Source: Oscillospiraceae bacterium (GTDB lineage Bacteria > Bacillota > Clostridia > Oscillospirales > Oscillospiraceae). From it: a DNA stretch of 32,000 bases. Of the stretch, positions 1 to 8,061 are shown piece by piece (position 1 is the first letter of the stretch; every line of letters begins with the position of its first letter). The stretch is taken from positions 159,810-191,809 of the forward strand of contig JAFWFZ010000008.1 of assembly GCA_017515345.1 (NCBI GenBank), read 5' to 3'. The notes below the pieces were generated by a model, which ran no database searches, had not been told where the DNA came from, and was given only the letters and a program-made list of their open reading frames with translations. The position numbers were made by a program, and so were the translations under genes.

Positions 1-832
1 AGTCCCGCACAGTGCGGAGACTGGCGGGGGAAGAGCTGCCCATGGTGATATTCTCAAGCCCCTGATCCCACACGATGACATCCGTCACCAGACCGTTGCC
101 GCCGTACACGCTGTCCACAAACAGGGCAGGCACATGGTCCTCCACCGTGCCGAAGGTGGTGCGGGAAATGGACTCGATCCCCTCGGAGATGAGGGCCGTG
201 CTGCTGACGATCTCTCCATCCCCTGCCAGTGAAATGCACTCCGCCTCGCTGGAGGAATCGGCCCCGGCCATCCGGAACACCACGATATCATCGCACCCGT
301 CGCTGTTCATGTCGCAGACGGAAACCGTGTTGTAGTTCATGCTGTGCAGCGCCGTGGGCTTCAGGTCCTTGACCGAATATACGGTCATAAGCTGGAGCGA
401 GGTGCCCATTTTCCACCCTACGATGAGCTCGGAGATCCCATCCCCGTCCATATCGGTATAGATGACCCGCTCAAAGGCGGTGCCCTCTCCCTCTATAACG
501 GCCGCCGTTTCATAGGCGCCGCCCTGCCGCTTCAGGATATACATCCTCAGGGGTCTGTCCTCGGGGAAGGAGAAGAACGCCAGAGCCTCCGCCACGCCGT
601 CGCCGTCCAGGTCCTGGAGTTGAACCGACTGGCGATTGGCCCCGGCGGTCGGCGCGAGGAATTCCGCGCCGCTGTTCAGTACGGCATTGATCGTGCTCTG
701 AAGCTGGCGGTTGTTTTCCGAAATCTCGGGAAGGCGGTACAGCTCCTCTGCCGTGACGGACATGCAGCCGGACAGCAGCATTAGCGCGGCCATGCAGAAA
801 AGTATGAGAATTGTTCCTGTGTTTCTTTTCAT
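1..832 (-). CDS. Lipoprotein with FG-GAP/VCBS-like repeats (partial; C-terminus runs off the window; absent from the supplied ORF track)
   Basis: Own translation of the minus strand from ATG at 832-830 gives MKRNTGTILILFCMAALMLLSGCMSV..., a signal peptide with an LSGC lipobox. The frame is open to position 1 with no stop. Repeated Asp-Gly motifs are present (QDLDGDGVAE, TDMDGDGISE, CDMNSDGCDD). GGAG lies 7 nt upstream of the ATG. Confidence 0.7.
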   Translation of the reverse strand, partial: MKRNTGTILILFCMAALMLLSGCMSVTAEELYRLPEISENNRQLQSTINAVLNSGAEFLAPTAGANRQSVQLQDLDGDGVAEALAFFSFPEDRPLRMYILKRQGGAYETAAVIEGEGTAFERVIYTDMDGDGISELIVGWKMGTSLQLMTVYSVKDLKPTALHSMNYNTVSVCDMNSDGCDDIVVFRMAGADSSSEAECISLAGDGEIVSSTALISEGIESISRTTFGTVEDHVPALFVDSVYGGNGLVTDVIVWDQGLENITMGSSSPASLRTVRD

Positions 833-905
833 GCTCCTGCTCCATTGCCGCATATCCGCGGTCCAAGATCCGATAAAACCGTTCATAATATTGTATCACA
901 ATATT

Positions 906-931
906 TACGAAAATGATAGTCTTTTGTTACA
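906..931 (-). promoter_or_regulatory. Candidate ECF-sigma-type promoter (TGTAAC-N16-CGTA) upstream of the lipoprotein gene
   Basis: The minus strand reads TGTAAC (931-926), a 16-nt spacer, then CGTA (909-906). This matches the AAC...CGT architecture of group-IV sigma promoters. It lies about 75 nt upstream of the ATG at 832. Confidence 0.3.
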
Positions 932-933
932 AA

Positions 934-1443
934 TCAGGGCGTCAGTTCGATGATCTCCAGTCCGCATTTCCGGGCGTATGCCATGGTCTGCATCGTACCG
1001 CCGGGCCGCCCGTCAAAAACGCACAGGAGCACGGAGGAGTTGTCCACCATGTACTGATTGCGGACGCGCATGCACTCCCGGGTGTAGCGGCGGGAGACCA
1101 GCGTTTCAAAGTCACAGCGGCTCACCAGCATCAGATGGCGGTATCGCTGTTCCGCCGTCCAGTCCCGGTACTGCCCCTCGCAGGGCAGAGCGGCCTCCAC
1201 CGTGATATCCTGCCGCTCGTCGCGGAGGGCGAGTACCGTCTCGCAAAAATACGTGTCCGCGCCCAGGGCCATACCGCAGATGAAGTGCCGGATACCGGCG
1301 GAGCAGAGCGCCTCCGCCGCGTCCCTGAGCCGATCCTTCAGGTCTGTGCAGCGGGGGTCCTCCTCATTCAGGCCCCAGGGCAGCTTTTGGGGCCTGTAGC
1401 CGGAGAAGCAGCAGGTGATCTCTTTCGGAATATCAGGGCGCAT
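934..1443 (-). CDS. SLOG-superfamily DUF1273 protein (YpsA-like)
   Basis: ORF 934..1488 trimmed to the ATG at 1443, which is preceded by AGGAGG. The N-terminus CCFSGYRPQKLPWG and the motif GMALGADTYF resemble the DUF1273/YpsA family. Length is 169 aa. Confidence 0.7.
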   Translation of the reverse strand: MRPDIPKEITCCFSGYRPQKLPWGLNEEDPRCTDLKDRLRDAAEALCSAGIRHFICGMALGADTYFCETVLALRDERQDITVEAALPCEGQYRDWTAEQRYRHLMLVSRCDFETLVSRRYTRECMRVRNQYMVDNSSVLLCVFDGRPGGTMQTMAYARKCGLEIIELTP

Positions 1444-1526
1444 GGCGCACCTCCTGTCGCATTGCCGCAAAACAGCGCAGCATATCATGTTAATTATATA
1501 ATTGTTGTCAATTATTTGTCAAAGTC

Positions 1527-1554
1527 TTGCAATTCTTTTACACGGTGCTATAAT
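1527..1554 (+). promoter_or_regulatory. Sigma-A promoter for the FMN riboswitch-ribU unit
   Basis: TTGCAA (1527-1532), 16-nt spacer, TATAAT (1549-1554), with an extended -10 TGc immediately upstream. Confidence 0.6.
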
Positions 1555-1589
1555 AGAGACGGTAAATTGCTTCAACAATTGAACAGAAA

Positions 1590-1701
1590 CATCTTCAGGG
1601 CAGGGTGAGATTCCCGATCGGCGGTACAGTCCGCGAGCGCGACAGCGCAGGAATTGGTGAGATTCCAATACCGACAGTTATAGTCTGGATGAGAGAAGAT
1701 G
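1590..1701 (+). promoter_or_regulatory. FMN riboswitch (RFN element) aptamer
   Basis: Conserved RFN cores are present: AGGGCAGGGTGAGATTCCCGATCGGCGGT, AGTCCGCGAGC, GGTGAGATTCCAATACCGACAGTTATAGTCTGGATGAGAGAAG. The P1 helix is CATCTTC (1590-1596) paired with GAAGATG (1695-1701). Confidence 0.9.
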
Positions 1702-1728
1702 AATGCGGCACTGCCGCAATTCTTTGTC

Positions 1729-1764
1729 GCCCGGAAGATCATTTCCGGGTGTTTTTTATTTTTT
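1729..1764 (+). terminator. Riboswitch expression-platform intrinsic terminator
   Basis: Stem CCCGGAA (1730-1736) pairs with TTCCGGG (1743-1749), followed by GTTTTTTATTTTTT. It sits between the aptamer and the ribU start. Confidence 0.8.
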
Positions 1765-1781
1765 CAAGGGAGGAAAAAACA

Positions 1782-2465
1782 ATGCAGAACACAAGAACAA
1801 AAAGAGTCGTGACAATGGCGATGCTGGCCGCGGTGGCCTACATCGTCGTACTGCTGGCGCACCTGGTGCCCATCTTCGCATTCATGCCGTCGGTGCCTTT
1901 CCTGCGGTACGATCCCAAGGACGTGATCATCGCCATCGGCGGCTTCATCCTTGGCCCGCTGGAGGCGCTGGCCATCGCCGTGGTCGTCTCCCTGGTGGAG
2001 ATGGTCACCATCAGCACCACCGGCCCCATCGGGCTGGTGATGAACGTGATCTCCACCGCCGCATTCGCCTGCACCGCCGCCGTGATCTATAAGAAAAAGC
2101 ACACCATGGGCGGCGCCGTCCTCGGTCTTGTGGCGGGCTGCCTTCTGATGACCATTGTCATGCTGCTTTGGAATTATCTGATCACCCCTCTATATATGCA
2201 CGTGGATCGGGCTGTCATCGTCAAAATGCTTCTGCCGGCCTTCGCCCCCTTCAACCTGATCAAGGCCGCTGTGAACACCGCCCTGACCCTGCTCATTTAC
2301 AAGCCCGTGGTTCAGGCGCTCCGCAGGGCAAACCTGGTGGCCGCCTCCTCTCAAAACGGATCGGGCGCGAAAAGGCGCCACCTCTCCCCCGGCATCGCCA
2401 TCCTGGCGGTGGTCATTCTCGTCACCTGCATCCTGTTGGTACTGGTACTGAACGGCATCCTCTGA
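1782..2465 (+). CDS. ribU: ECF-transporter S component, riboflavin transporter RibU
   Basis: ORF 1605..2465 trimmed to the ATG at 1782, with RBS AAGGGAGG at 1766-1773. The protein is polytopic and hydrophobic, in the RibU/YpaA style. It lies directly downstream of the FMN riboswitch. Confidence 0.85.
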   Translation: MQNTRTKRVVTMAMLAAVAYIVVLLAHLVPIFAFMPSVPFLRYDPKDVIIAIGGFILGPLEALAIAVVVSLVEMVTISTTGPIGLVMNVISTAAFACTAAVIYKKKHTMGGAVLGLVAGCLLMTIVMLLWNYLITPLYMHVDRAVIVKMLLPAFAPFNLIKAAVNTALTLLIYKPVVQALRRANLVAASSQNGSGAKRRHLSPGIAILAVVILVTCILLVLVLNGIL

Positions 2466-2493
2466 TGACTTCGGACCCTGCCGCGCGACAGAA

Positions 2494-2540
2494 GAAAAGA
2501 AGCCCCTCCGAACAAATGCTGTTCGGAGGGGCTTTCTTCT
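2494..2540. terminator. Bidirectional intrinsic terminator between ribU and the CofE-like gene
   Basis: 13-bp perfect stem AGCCCCTCCGAAC (2501-2513) / GTTCGGAGGGGCT (2521-2533), with pyrimidine/T-rich tails on both strands. Confidence 0.75.
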
Positions 2541-2544
2541 ATGC

Positions 2545-3738
2545 TTATTTATCCTGGGAGTAGTTGTCGAAGTAGCCCTGGATCAGGACGATGGGAGTAC
2601 CCTTGTCGCCGCTGCCGGAGGTCAGATCGCAGAGAGAACCGATGAGATCGGTGAGCTGGCGGGGCGTCGTCCCCTCGGAGGCCATGTTGCCCACAAGGTT
2701 GGCCGCCTTGGCCTTGATGGAATCGCGGATGGCATCGGCCAGCGCCTCGCCGGAGAGCTGGGCAAAATCGTTGTCCGCCAGATATTTGAGCTTCAGCTCA
2801 TTGGGCGTGCCGGACAGGCCGGGGGTGTGCGCCGGGGAGACGACCGGGTCGGCCAGCTCCCAGATCTTGCCCACGGGATCCTTGAAAGCGCCGTCGCCGT
2901 AGATCAAAACCTCGATGTTCCTGCCGGTAGCGTCCACCAGCTTCTTCTGGAGCGCGTCCACAAACGTCTGGCAGTCCCGGGGGAACAGCTTCACCGTGTC
3001 CTCGGTGGCCTTGTTGGAGCCCAGCAGGCCGTACTTCTCGTTGTAGCCGCTGCCGTTCACCGGCGCGGTGAGGACATCGTCCAGAGAGAGGACCTTCTCC
3101 GCCCCGGCTTTCAGCAGTCTGCGCTTGGTGCGGGCTCGGGTGTGGATATCGCAGTTAAGGACGAACTTGGTGTAGTCCAGGATCGTCTCGGCGTGGTTGG
3201 AGAAGATAACCTCCGCCTCGCAGCCGCAGCTCCGGATCAGGGAGGAATAGTACTCCACGTAATCCACGCCGGTGAAGGGGTGCACGGGATTACCGAAGGT
3301 CTCACGGTACTGGGCCTCGTTCATCACGGTGGACCAGGGGTCGATGCCCTTATCATCCAGCAGATCCTCGTCGAACAAGTGGTTTCCCACCTCATCTGCG
3401 GGGAAGCTGAGCTGCAGCACGATCTTCTTCACGCCCCTGGCGATGCCCACCAGACAGTTGGCAAACCGGTTGCGGGAAAGGATGGGGAAGATCACGCCGA
3501 TGGTATCGGAGCCGAACTTTGCCTTCACATCCGCGGCAATGTCATCCGCGGTGGCGTAGTTGCCCTCAGCACGGGCCACGACGGACTCGGTCACCGCGAC
3601 CACATCCCGATCCCGGAGCTTGAATCCCTCCGCCTCTGCGGCGGCGAGGACGCTCTCGGCGGCGATCGACGCCAGGTCGTCGCCTTCACGGATGATGGGC
3701 GCGCGAATGCCTCTGACTACGGTTCCAACTGTTCTCAT
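2545..3738 (-). CDS. CofE-like protein (F420-0:gamma-glutamyl ligase family domain), 397 aa
   Basis: ORF 2545..3786 trimmed to the ATG at 3738, with GGAGG about 8 nt upstream. The N-terminus is VVRGIRAPIIREGDDLASI...VVAVTESVVARAEG, and later motifs are YGLLGSN and VLIYGDGAFKDP...ELADP. These resemble the CofE fold by eye. The protein is about 150 aa longer than canonical CofE. Confidence 0.55.
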   Translation of the reverse strand: MRTVGTVVRGIRAPIIREGDDLASIAAESVLAAAEAEGFKLRDRDVVAVTESVVARAEGNYATADDIAADVKAKFGSDTIGVIFPILSRNRFANCLVGIARGVKKIVLQLSFPADEVGNHLFDEDLLDDKGIDPWSTVMNEAQYRETFGNPVHPFTGVDYVEYYSSLIRSCGCEAEVIFSNHAETILDYTKFVLNCDIHTRARTKRRLLKAGAEKVLSLDDVLTAPVNGSGYNEKYGLLGSNKATEDTVKLFPRDCQTFVDALQKKLVDATGRNIEVLIYGDGAFKDPVGKIWELADPVVSPAHTPGLSGTPNELKLKYLADNDFAQLSGEALADAIRDSIKAKAANLVGNMASEGTTPRQLTDLIGSLCDLTSGSGDKGTPIVLIQGYFDNYSQDK

Positions 3739-3825
3739 AGTAACGCCTCCAATGATAGATTGGCATAGAAAGCCATTGTATTTCACTTACACTATTATGC
3801 CACGGCGCTTGCCATAAGTAAAATT

Positions 3826-3846
3826 ATAGTTTATTATAGTTACTAT
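3826..3846. promoter_or_regulatory. LysR-type T-N11-A operator (ATAGT-N11-ACTAT)
   Basis: A perfect dyad, ATAGT (3826-3830) / ACTAT (3842-3846) separated by 11 nt, lies in the AT-rich divergent intergenic region. It overlaps a TATAAT (3844-3849) facing the LysR gene. Its centre is about 68 nt upstream of a TSS predicted from a minus-strand TACAAT (3780-3775). Confidence 0.4.
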
Positions 3847-3870
3847 AATTTATCATTATGTGAGGTCAAC

Positions 3871-4764
3871 ATGGACATCAATCTGGAGCTGTACAGGATC
3901 TTTTGCGAGGTGGCGCGGAAGCAGAGCTTTTCCGGCGCGGCACGGTCGCTCTTTATCAGTCAGCCCGCTGTGAGTCAGGCTGTAAAGCAGCTGGAGCGGC
4001 AGCTCGACGTACCCCTGTTCATCCGCGGGCCGAGGGGGGTGGCGCTGACCCGCGAAGGGGAAATACTGCGCGGGTACGCGGATTCGGCGCTGAACCTGCT
4101 GGAAGCGGGGCAGGCACGGATCAGCGCGCTGAAGAGCCTCACCGCGGGAGAGCTGCGCATCGGCGCATCGGACACTATGTCCCGCCGGTTCCTCATGCCC
4201 GCCATCGGGCGATTCCATGCGGCGCATCCGGACGTGGCCCTGCGGATCACGAACCGCACCTCGCCGGAGACGATCGCCCTGCTCCGGGAGGGAAAGCTGG
4301 ACGTTGGCTTTGTCAATCTGCCCATCAGCGTCAGCGGCGTCAGTTTTGAGGAATGCAAAACGGTGCACGATATCTTCGTCGCCGGCTTCGAGTACGAACA
4401 CCTGCGGGGTAAGCCGCTGACGCCGCGGGATCTGGCTGCGCAGCACCTGATCATGCTGGAGCAGGCGTCCAATTCACGCAGATGGGTGGACCGTCACTTC
4501 CTGTCCTGCGGGGTGCCCCTCCGACCGGATATCGAATTGGGCGCCCACGATCTGCTGCTGGACTACGCCGCCATCGGATTGGGCGTGGCCTGCGTGATCG
4601 AAGAGTTTTCCCTGGAACCCATAGTGAACGGCCGCCTCTTTAAGCTGGAGCTGACGCCGCCCGTGCCGCAGCGGAGCATAGGCGCCTGCTGGCTGAGCGG
4701 GATCGAGCTCTCCGCCGCCGCGCGCCGATTCATCACTCTGGTGAAAGAGGCGAAGGAGCAATAA
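3871..4764 (+). CDS. LysR-family transcriptional regulator
   Basis: N-terminal wHTH LYRIFCEVARKQSFSGAARSLFISQPAVSQAVKQLERQL, followed by a typical LTTR substrate-binding region. Divergent from the CofE-like gene. Confidence 0.9.
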   Translation: MDINLELYRIFCEVARKQSFSGAARSLFISQPAVSQAVKQLERQLDVPLFIRGPRGVALTREGEILRGYADSALNLLEAGQARISALKSLTAGELRIGASDTMSRRFLMPAIGRFHAAHPDVALRITNRTSPETIALLREGKLDVGFVNLPISVSGVSFEECKTVHDIFVAGFEYEHLRGKPLTPRDLAAQHLIMLEQASNSRRWVDRHFLSCGVPLRPDIELGAHDLLLDYAAIGLGVACVIEEFSLEPIVNGRLFKLELTPPVPQRSIGACWLSGIELSAAARRFITLVKEAKEQ

Positions 4765-4797
4765 CGCGCTTCCGGTCTGCATCTGAATAATAAAATT

Positions 4798-4830
4798 AAA
4801 ACGTCCCCCGACCGAAGTCGGGGGACGTTT
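4798..4830. terminator. Intrinsic terminator (strong for the minus-strand S-layer gene, weaker for lysR)
   Basis: 12-bp perfect stem ACGTCCCCCGAC (4801-4812) / GTCGGGGGACGT (4817-4828) with a CGAA loop. The minus strand has a long T-rich tail; the plus strand has only TTT. Confidence 0.8.
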
Positions 4831-4866
4831 CATTGCTGTGATGTACTAACTCAGTTCAGAACTGAA

Positions 4867-7800
4867 TCAGTCAAGTACAGGAGCCGTCGTGGGGAGTTCG
4901 CCGACAAAAGCGATCTGGATGGTGTCAGCGAAGCCACGGGCCACGCCCACAGGAGCGGTGCCTTCGAGGTCGGAACGGATGTAAGCGATCTCGTCGCCGA
5001 TCTTGAGGTCAGCGCGGGTGATCTTGACCATCGCGCCGTTCTCGATCCTGTAGATCTTGCTGGCCTCGGGAGCGGCGGTGTTCCAAGCCTGCTCATCGTC
5101 CGCGATAGCGAGACGCTCGATCAGGCCGGAGTTGCTCATGATGGTGCCGTTCACGAAGACTTCCTCATCGGACAGATCCACAACGGTCAGCTCGTCGTTG
5201 TAGTAGCCGGGGATGTTGTAGGCCAGGAACAGAGCGCCCTCGCCGTCCGCCAGAACTGCATCGCTGACGATATCAAGCTGGCTGTCAAGGATGTAGACAT
5301 AGCCGGCCTCAGCATCAGGATAGTTGCCGTTCAGGTAATCAGGCGTGCAGGGAACCTTCCACAGGAAGTCCACAGCGTTGTTGGCGTCAACAGCCTCGCA
5401 GGTGACCTGGGACACGAAGCTCAGATCGTCGAGGGAGATGTAGACGAACTCGTCGTTGGTAGCGCCGGTCTGATCAACAGGATAAGTGTCGATCTCCTTG
5501 ATGGGCACATACTTGTTGACGAAGCTCAGGATCACATAGTCAGCGTAATCCTCAGGAGTCACAACGCCTTCGCGGGCGTCAACGTGCTTGAGGAAGGTGC
5601 TGCCCAGGGTGGTATCGGCAATAGCGTCAACCTTGGAGATGTTGACCTCGCCGACCTTGATCTTCTTCTGCTGCATAGCCCAGTTGTTGCGAGCGTTCAT
5701 CAGGCTGTCGGTCCAGTCATAGTACTCGAACGCGCCCTTGCCCTTCTGGAAGTTGAAGAACACGGTCTCGTCGGTCACATAGGCGTCAACGTCGTCAATG
5801 CCGACGAAGAGGACGTCATTGGCCTCCAGCACGCTGACGATGTCAGCATACTCCTGAGCGATGTCGCCGAGGATCAGGGTGCCCTTGGTGTAGCTGGTAT
5901 CCTTGATGTTGCTCAGATCCTCGAGCGCGACAACGTTCATGTTGCGGTCGAAGGTCAGCTTGCAATAGTTGGCAACCGTGTTGTCGAAGATTTCGGCGGC
6001 CAGCTCGTCATCCATAGCGGGCTCGGGGATCAGATCGTACTCAGCCTTCTCGCCATCCTTGGTGATGGTGTAGATGGTGTAGACCTGATACTCGGTGTCG
6101 CTGTAGGTATGAGTGCTGCGGGTGATACCGTAGACCAGAGTCTCGATCGGAGCGGGAGCAGCGATCTCAGCCAGTCTCACGATGTTGCCGCCATGGTCAA
6201 GCCAGTAGTTCATGTCGCAGTTGAGCTCCCACTTGGTGTTCATCGGGAGAAGCTCTCTGGTGCAGAGCTGGCTGATGGGATAGTCAACGCCGTCAAACAG
6301 ACCGTGGTTGTAGACGTAGTCGTTGGCAATGTAGTTGCCGGTCCAGCGGGTCACGAAGCCGGTGTTCATATCCAGGTTGTCGTTGATGACGCACTTGGGA
6401 GTACCCTGGTCATTCAGCTCGTTGTAAGCAATACCGAAGTGATACAGGGACACGGTGCGGGCGGTGGGGGCCTCGCCGTGGAGGATCACACCGTCGGTGT
6501 CAACGATAGTCTTCAGGTCGCGGCTGAGCAGATCAGCGTTGGGCTGAGTCGGGCTGGCGAGCAGCTCCTCAACAACGATGGAGAATTCAGCAATGCCGTC
6601 GCCATTGTTGTCGATGTTGTAGTGCACCAGTCCGGGATAGTTGTAGACTTCGGGATCGGTGGTATACAGCGGATCAAACGCAACCTGCCTGGTGAAGGTC
6701 GCGGAAACGCCATCAATGCTGGGAATCTCGAAGGAGGTGTGGTCCACAGCGGAAGCGCCGTAGCCCTGATCATCCTTGCAGGGGAAGATACCGGTGATGA
6801 TGGTGTTGATGTTCTGCTTGATGGTCGCGTTGTCGTTCACATAACCGGTAGCGGTGACGACCTCAGCCTGGTTGTTGGCGGTCACGACCATGGAAGTGAA
6901 CTGATCGATCACATCGGTGGTAGCGACGTCGATGATGTTGCCGACGTTGGTCAGCTTGACCTCGCGGCCGATCTCCTCATAGCAGGAGTAGATCGGAACG
7001 ACGAGCAGCTGAGCAGCCTGGGTGTTGGCGGGGCAGTTGGCGTTGTGGATGTTGTGCGCGCCAATGCAGTAGCCCGTGCCGATGCAGGTGCCGGCGGGGA
7101 TGTAGATAACGGTCTCAAAAGCGGGATCGTAGGTAGCGGTCAGACCGCCGAAGCTCACATCATAGGAGCCCTGGAAGCCCATCTGATCCTCGGTGAGACC
7201 CAGGTCGGTATAGCCGTTGGCCACAACGATACCGGTGGTGAAAGCGATGTTCTTGCCGAAGTAGTACTGAATAGCCTGCTTGCCGACAAACAGATCGCTG
7301 TTGCGCCAGAAGTTGAAGTTGTTGCCATAGATGCGGGCCAGACCATTGACCTGATCGATCTCGATCAGAGCGTCGTCGACCTCGATGTAGCCGACCATGG
7401 TGGCGAGCAGCATGTTGTAAACAAGCTGAGCCATATCATCGCGGCTGATGTAATCGAAGGGACTCTGATTCTCAAGATCGATGCCGTCGAACAGACCCTT
7501 GACAAGGCCCAGAGCCAGGGTGTTGCCAGCCCAGTCGGGGCCGACGAGGCCGGCTTCATCTGCGTCGTAGCCGAGAACGACGAGAGCCATTTTGGCAGCC
7601 TCAACGATCTTAACGTTGCGATCGGGAACGAAGTTCTTGCCATCAACGCCGTCCACGATGCCGGAATGCTTGTCAAAGCCAACAACGCCTGCATACCAAG
7701 CGTCGGCAGAAACATCCTGGAAATCGCAATAAGCGCCAAAAGCGGCCTTGAACTTCTCCAGGGTCAGATCGGTGCCCAGCACGGGGGTAGCCTTGATGTA

Positions 7801-8061
7801 GGCAATGATCTTCGCCATCTGAGCGCGGGTGAGATTCTTCTCGGGGTGGAAGTTGCCGTCCTCAAAGCCATCGAGAACGGTCAGCTCGGTGAGAACGTCA
7901 ACAGCTTCCTTGTTGGCAATGCTGTCATAGTCAGCATAGGCCTTGCTGCCGGCCGTCTCATCATAGCCGCCCACGATGGTCGTGGCGCTTGCAACCGCTA
8001 CGAGGCTGAACATCATAGCAACAGCAAGAACCACGGTGAGGACTCTTTTGAGATTCTTCAT
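4867..8061 (-). CDS. SLH-domain S-layer-type surface protein, 1064 aa
   Basis: Signal peptide MKNLKRVLTVVLAVAMMFSLVAVASA, then three SLH-like modules over roughly aa 40-215 (e.g. FEDGNFHPEKNLTRAQMAKII, FQDVSADAWYAGVVGF...DGKNFVPDRNVKIVEAAKMALV). The remaining ~850 aa are acidic and rich in D/E/T/N/V. RBS AAAGGAGG is present. A consensus promoter and a dedicated terminator flank the gene. Confidence 0.9.
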   Translation of the reverse strand: MKNLKRVLTVVLAVAMMFSLVAVASATTIVGGYDETAGSKAYADYDSIANKEAVDVLTELTVLDGFEDGNFHPEKNLTRAQMAKIIAYIKATPVLGTDLTLEKFKAAFGAYCDFQDVSADAWYAGVVGFDKHSGIVDGVDGKNFVPDRNVKIVEAAKMALVVLGYDADEAGLVGPDWAGNTLALGLVKGLFDGIDLENQSPFDYISRDDMAQLVYNMLLATMVGYIEVDDALIEIDQVNGLARIYGNNFNFWRNSDLFVGKQAIQYYFGKNIAFTTGIVVANGYTDLGLTEDQMGFQGSYDVSFGGLTATYDPAFETVIYIPAGTCIGTGYCIGAHNIHNANCPANTQAAQLLVVPIYSCYEEIGREVKLTNVGNIIDVATTDVIDQFTSMVVTANNQAEVVTATGYVNDNATIKQNINTIITGIFPCKDDQGYGASAVDHTSFEIPSIDGVSATFTRQVAFDPLYTTDPEVYNYPGLVHYNIDNNGDGIAEFSIVVEELLASPTQPNADLLSRDLKTIVDTDGVILHGEAPTARTVSLYHFGIAYNELNDQGTPKCVINDNLDMNTGFVTRWTGNYIANDYVYNHGLFDGVDYPISQLCTRELLPMNTKWELNCDMNYWLDHGGNIVRLAEIAAPAPIETLVYGITRSTHTYSDTEYQVYTIYTITKDGEKAEYDLIPEPAMDDELAAEIFDNTVANYCKLTFDRNMNVVALEDLSNIKDTSYTKGTLILGDIAQEYADIVSVLEANDVLFVGIDDVDAYVTDETVFFNFQKGKGAFEYYDWTDSLMNARNNWAMQQKKIKVGEVNISKVDAIADTTLGSTFLKHVDAREGVVTPEDYADYVILSFVNKYVPIKEIDTYPVDQTGATNDEFVYISLDDLSFVSQVTCEAVDANNAVDFLWKVPCTPDYLNGNYPDAEAGYVYILDSQLDIVSDAVLADGEGALFLAYNIPGYYNDELTVVDLSDEEVFVNGTIMSNSGLIERLAIADDEQAWNTAAPEASKIYRIENGAMVKITRADLKIGDEIAYIRSDLEGTAPVGVARGFADTIQIAFVGELPTTAPVLD

